Below, piece by piece: positions 37,645 through 39,380 of a DNA stretch of 39,380 nt. How positions within the stretch are numbered: position 1 is the stretch's first letter; each line of letters begins with the position of its first letter. Under the pieces are notes generated by a model. It was given only the letters and a program-made list of their open reading frames with translations. It was not told the origin of the DNA and ran no database searches. Source of the stretch: Alphaproteobacteria bacterium MarineAlpha2_Bin1 (GTDB lineage Bacteria; Pseudomonadota; Alphaproteobacteria; SHVP01). A program made the position numbers and the translations under genes. The stretch is from NCBI GenBank assembly GCA_002938125.1, contig PTLN01000003.1, forward strand, positions 1-39,380, given 5' to 3'.

Positions 37645-38661
37645 TTATCTTCTCGATATAACTGAAACAAGATTTTTTGTCGTTATTGAACCAATTATAG
37701 ATGATTTTTCTTTCACACTTGCAGAACTTATATCAGCATTGACTAATTTCTCAATAGCTTCTTCAACTGTTGTATTTGCATCAATAACAAAATCTGATGA
37801 GGCTGGTTCTTTTTCGATTATATGTTTTACTTGAATTATTTTTCCTCTATTAATATCTTTTGTAAAGTCAGTTACATAATCATCTATTGGTTTTAAAATT
37901 ATTTCTTGAGGGTTACCTTGTTGAACCATTTCACCGCCTCTCAAAATAACAATATTATCCCCCAGTTTAAGCGCTTCATCTAAATCATGGGTAATAAATA
38001 CAATAGTTTTATTTAATTCTTTTTGAAGTTCCAATAGTATATTTTGCATATCAGACCTAATTAATGGGTCTAGAGCGGAAAATGCTTCATCCATTAGTAA
38101 AATATCTGGATTTGTTGCTAAAGCTCTAATTAATCCGACTCTCTGTTGCATTCCGCCAGAAAGTTGAGCTGGGTAATGGTTTTCAAATCCTCCCAAACCT
38201 ACACGTTCAATCCATTCGGAAGATATATTGGTAATTTCATCTTTGCTTTTAGATTGAATCTTAAGACCATAGGCAACATTTTCAGTAACAGTTCTATGCG
38301 GAAAGAGAGAGAATTTTTGAAAAACCATAGAAGCTTTAAATCGCCTAAAGTTTGTTAGTTCTTTCTGTTGCATAGCAAGAACATCTTCACCATCAACAAT
38401 AATTTTTCCTGATGTAGGTTCAATTAATCTATTTATATGACGAATCAGAGTAGATTTACCAGCTCCTGATAAACCCATTACAACTTGGATACCACAAGCT
38501 GGAATACCAATATTTATATCTTGAAGTCCAACAGTATGATTATATTTCTCAAGAAGTTCTTCTTTTGAGATTCCAGCTTTTACCTTATTGAGCATTACTG
38601 CAGGGTTTGGTCCAAAAATTTTATAAAGATCTTTAATCTCAATTTTAGTATTAGTTACTAT
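37645..38661 (-). CDS. proV: Glycine betaine/proline-type ABC transporter ATP-binding protein
   Basis: LYKIFG, GLSGAGKST, MVFQKF, LSGGMQQRVG, LLMDEAFSALDPLIR, FITHDLDEA, CBS-like tail. Start uncertain: ATA 38661 after SD, or TTG 38718 in the ORF track. Confidence 0.9.
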   Translation of the reverse strand: MVTNTKIEIKDLYKIFGPNPAVMLNKVKAGISKEELLEKYNHTVGLQDINIGIPACGIQVVMGLSGAGKSTLIRHINRLIEPTSGKIIVDGEDVLAMQQKELTNFRRFKASMVFQKFSLFPHRTVTENVAYGLKIQSKSKDEITNISSEWIERVGLGGFENHYPAQLSGGMQQRVGLIRALATNPDILLMDEAFSALDPLIRSDMQNILLELQKELNKTIVFITHDLDEALKLGDNIVILRGGEMVQQGNPQEIILKPIDDYVTDFTKDINRGKIIQVKHIIEKEPASSDFVIDANTTVEEAIEKLVNADISSASVKEKSSIIGSITTKNLVSVISRR

Positions 38662-39380
38662 TGTTATTCTCCCTATGCTTTTGTAATCTTTGACCAAATT
38701 TTTGTGATACACGGTCAAAAATTATTGCAATTATCACAATAGCAAGACCATTCATTAGCCCAACAGCCAAATATTGATTTGATACTGCTCTTAGTACTTG
38801 TTGTCCTAAACCAGCCATTCCAATCATTGCTGCAATTACGACCATTGCTAATGCCATCATAATTGTTTGGTTAACACCCGCAAATATGTTTGGGAGAGCC
38901 AATGGAATCTGAACTCCAAACAATTTTTGCCAATAATTTGCTCCAAAAGCTTCTGCTGCTTCTAAAACATCTCTATCAACTAGTCTTATACCCAGATTAG
39001 TTAGTCTTACTATTGGAGGAATAGCATAAATACAGACAGCAATTAATCCTGGAACTTTTCCTATACCTAACAACATAACTACAGGTATTAAATAGACAAA
39101 GCTCGGAATAGTTTGCATGATATCAAGGATAGGTGTAATTATAGATTGAACTCGATCTGATTTTGCCATCCACATGCCAAGGGGAATTCCAATTGCAATA
39201 CATAGAATTGTTGATACAGATATGATAGCAAGCGTTTTCATAGTATCTTGCCACATTCCAAAGTAGCCTATTAATAAAAAAGCTACAACTGATCCCATAA
39301 CAACGTAAATACTCCTAGCACCTAACCAAGCTAATATAGCAATTACAAATATAATTATCGGCCACGGGGTAGCAATTAAT
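38651..39380 (-). CDS. proW: Glycine betaine/proline-type ABC transporter permease; 5' end outside the window
   Basis: LDIMQTIPSFVYLIP, RLTNLGIR, EAAEAFG (EAA loop), GVNQTIMMAL. The frame stays open to the window end (LIATPWPIIIFVIAILAW...). Confidence 0.92.
   Translation of the reverse strand, partial: LIATPWPIIIFVIAILAWLGARSIYVVMGSVVAFLLIGYFGMWQDTMKTLAIISVSTILCIAIGIPLGMWMAKSDRVQSIITPILDIMQTIPSFVYLIPVVMLLGIGKVPGLIAVCIYAIPPIVRLTNLGIRLVDRDVLEAAEAFGANYWQKLFGVQIPLALPNIFAGVNQTIMMALAMVVIAAMIGMAGLGQQVLRAVSNQYLAVGLMNGLAIVIIAIIFDRVSQKFGQRLQKHRENNNSN

Noticed and set aside
4717-38358. Other small nested ORFs (4717, 6095, 14811, 18185, 18444, 29329, 30640, 32207, 36715, 36967, 37306, 38146)
   Set aside because: All lie opposite well-supported genes and have no recognisable domain.

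Overview
Gene-dense, very AT-rich (roughly 28-30% GC by eye) chromosomal segment. The alphaproteobacterial-type LexA box, short intergenic spacers and DHPS/betaine/formate genes suggest a streamlined marine alphaproteobacterium; this taxonomy is inference. Content: sucA and the 5' end of sucB; nth; a GST; a stand-alone PD-(D/E)XK nuclease; a SAM methyltransferase facing a tandem alpha/beta-hydrolase that lacks a canonical nucleophile; a CREST/ceramidase-type membrane protein; a GT4; LexA-boxed umuDC divergent from an AlkB-family dioxygenase; a fold-type IV PLP enzyme; an Fe-ADH; hpsN-hpsO followed by a homocysteine S-methyltransferase with a Cys-to-His zinc-ligand change; selO; orphan ORFs; an LLM/DMT pair; metY plus a hydrolase; a complete fdsGBA-fdhD-fdsD formate dehydrogenase operon; an MFS transporter; a sugar O-methyltransferase; a second homocysteine methyltransferase; metF; and a ProV/ProW-type ABC transporter. 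I saw no rRNA, tRNA, CRISPR array, transposase, integrase or phage genes. Nothing here is a clear new multi-gene system. The best leads are enzymes with altered catalytic motifs inside an organosulfur/methyl-group/C1 neighbourhood.
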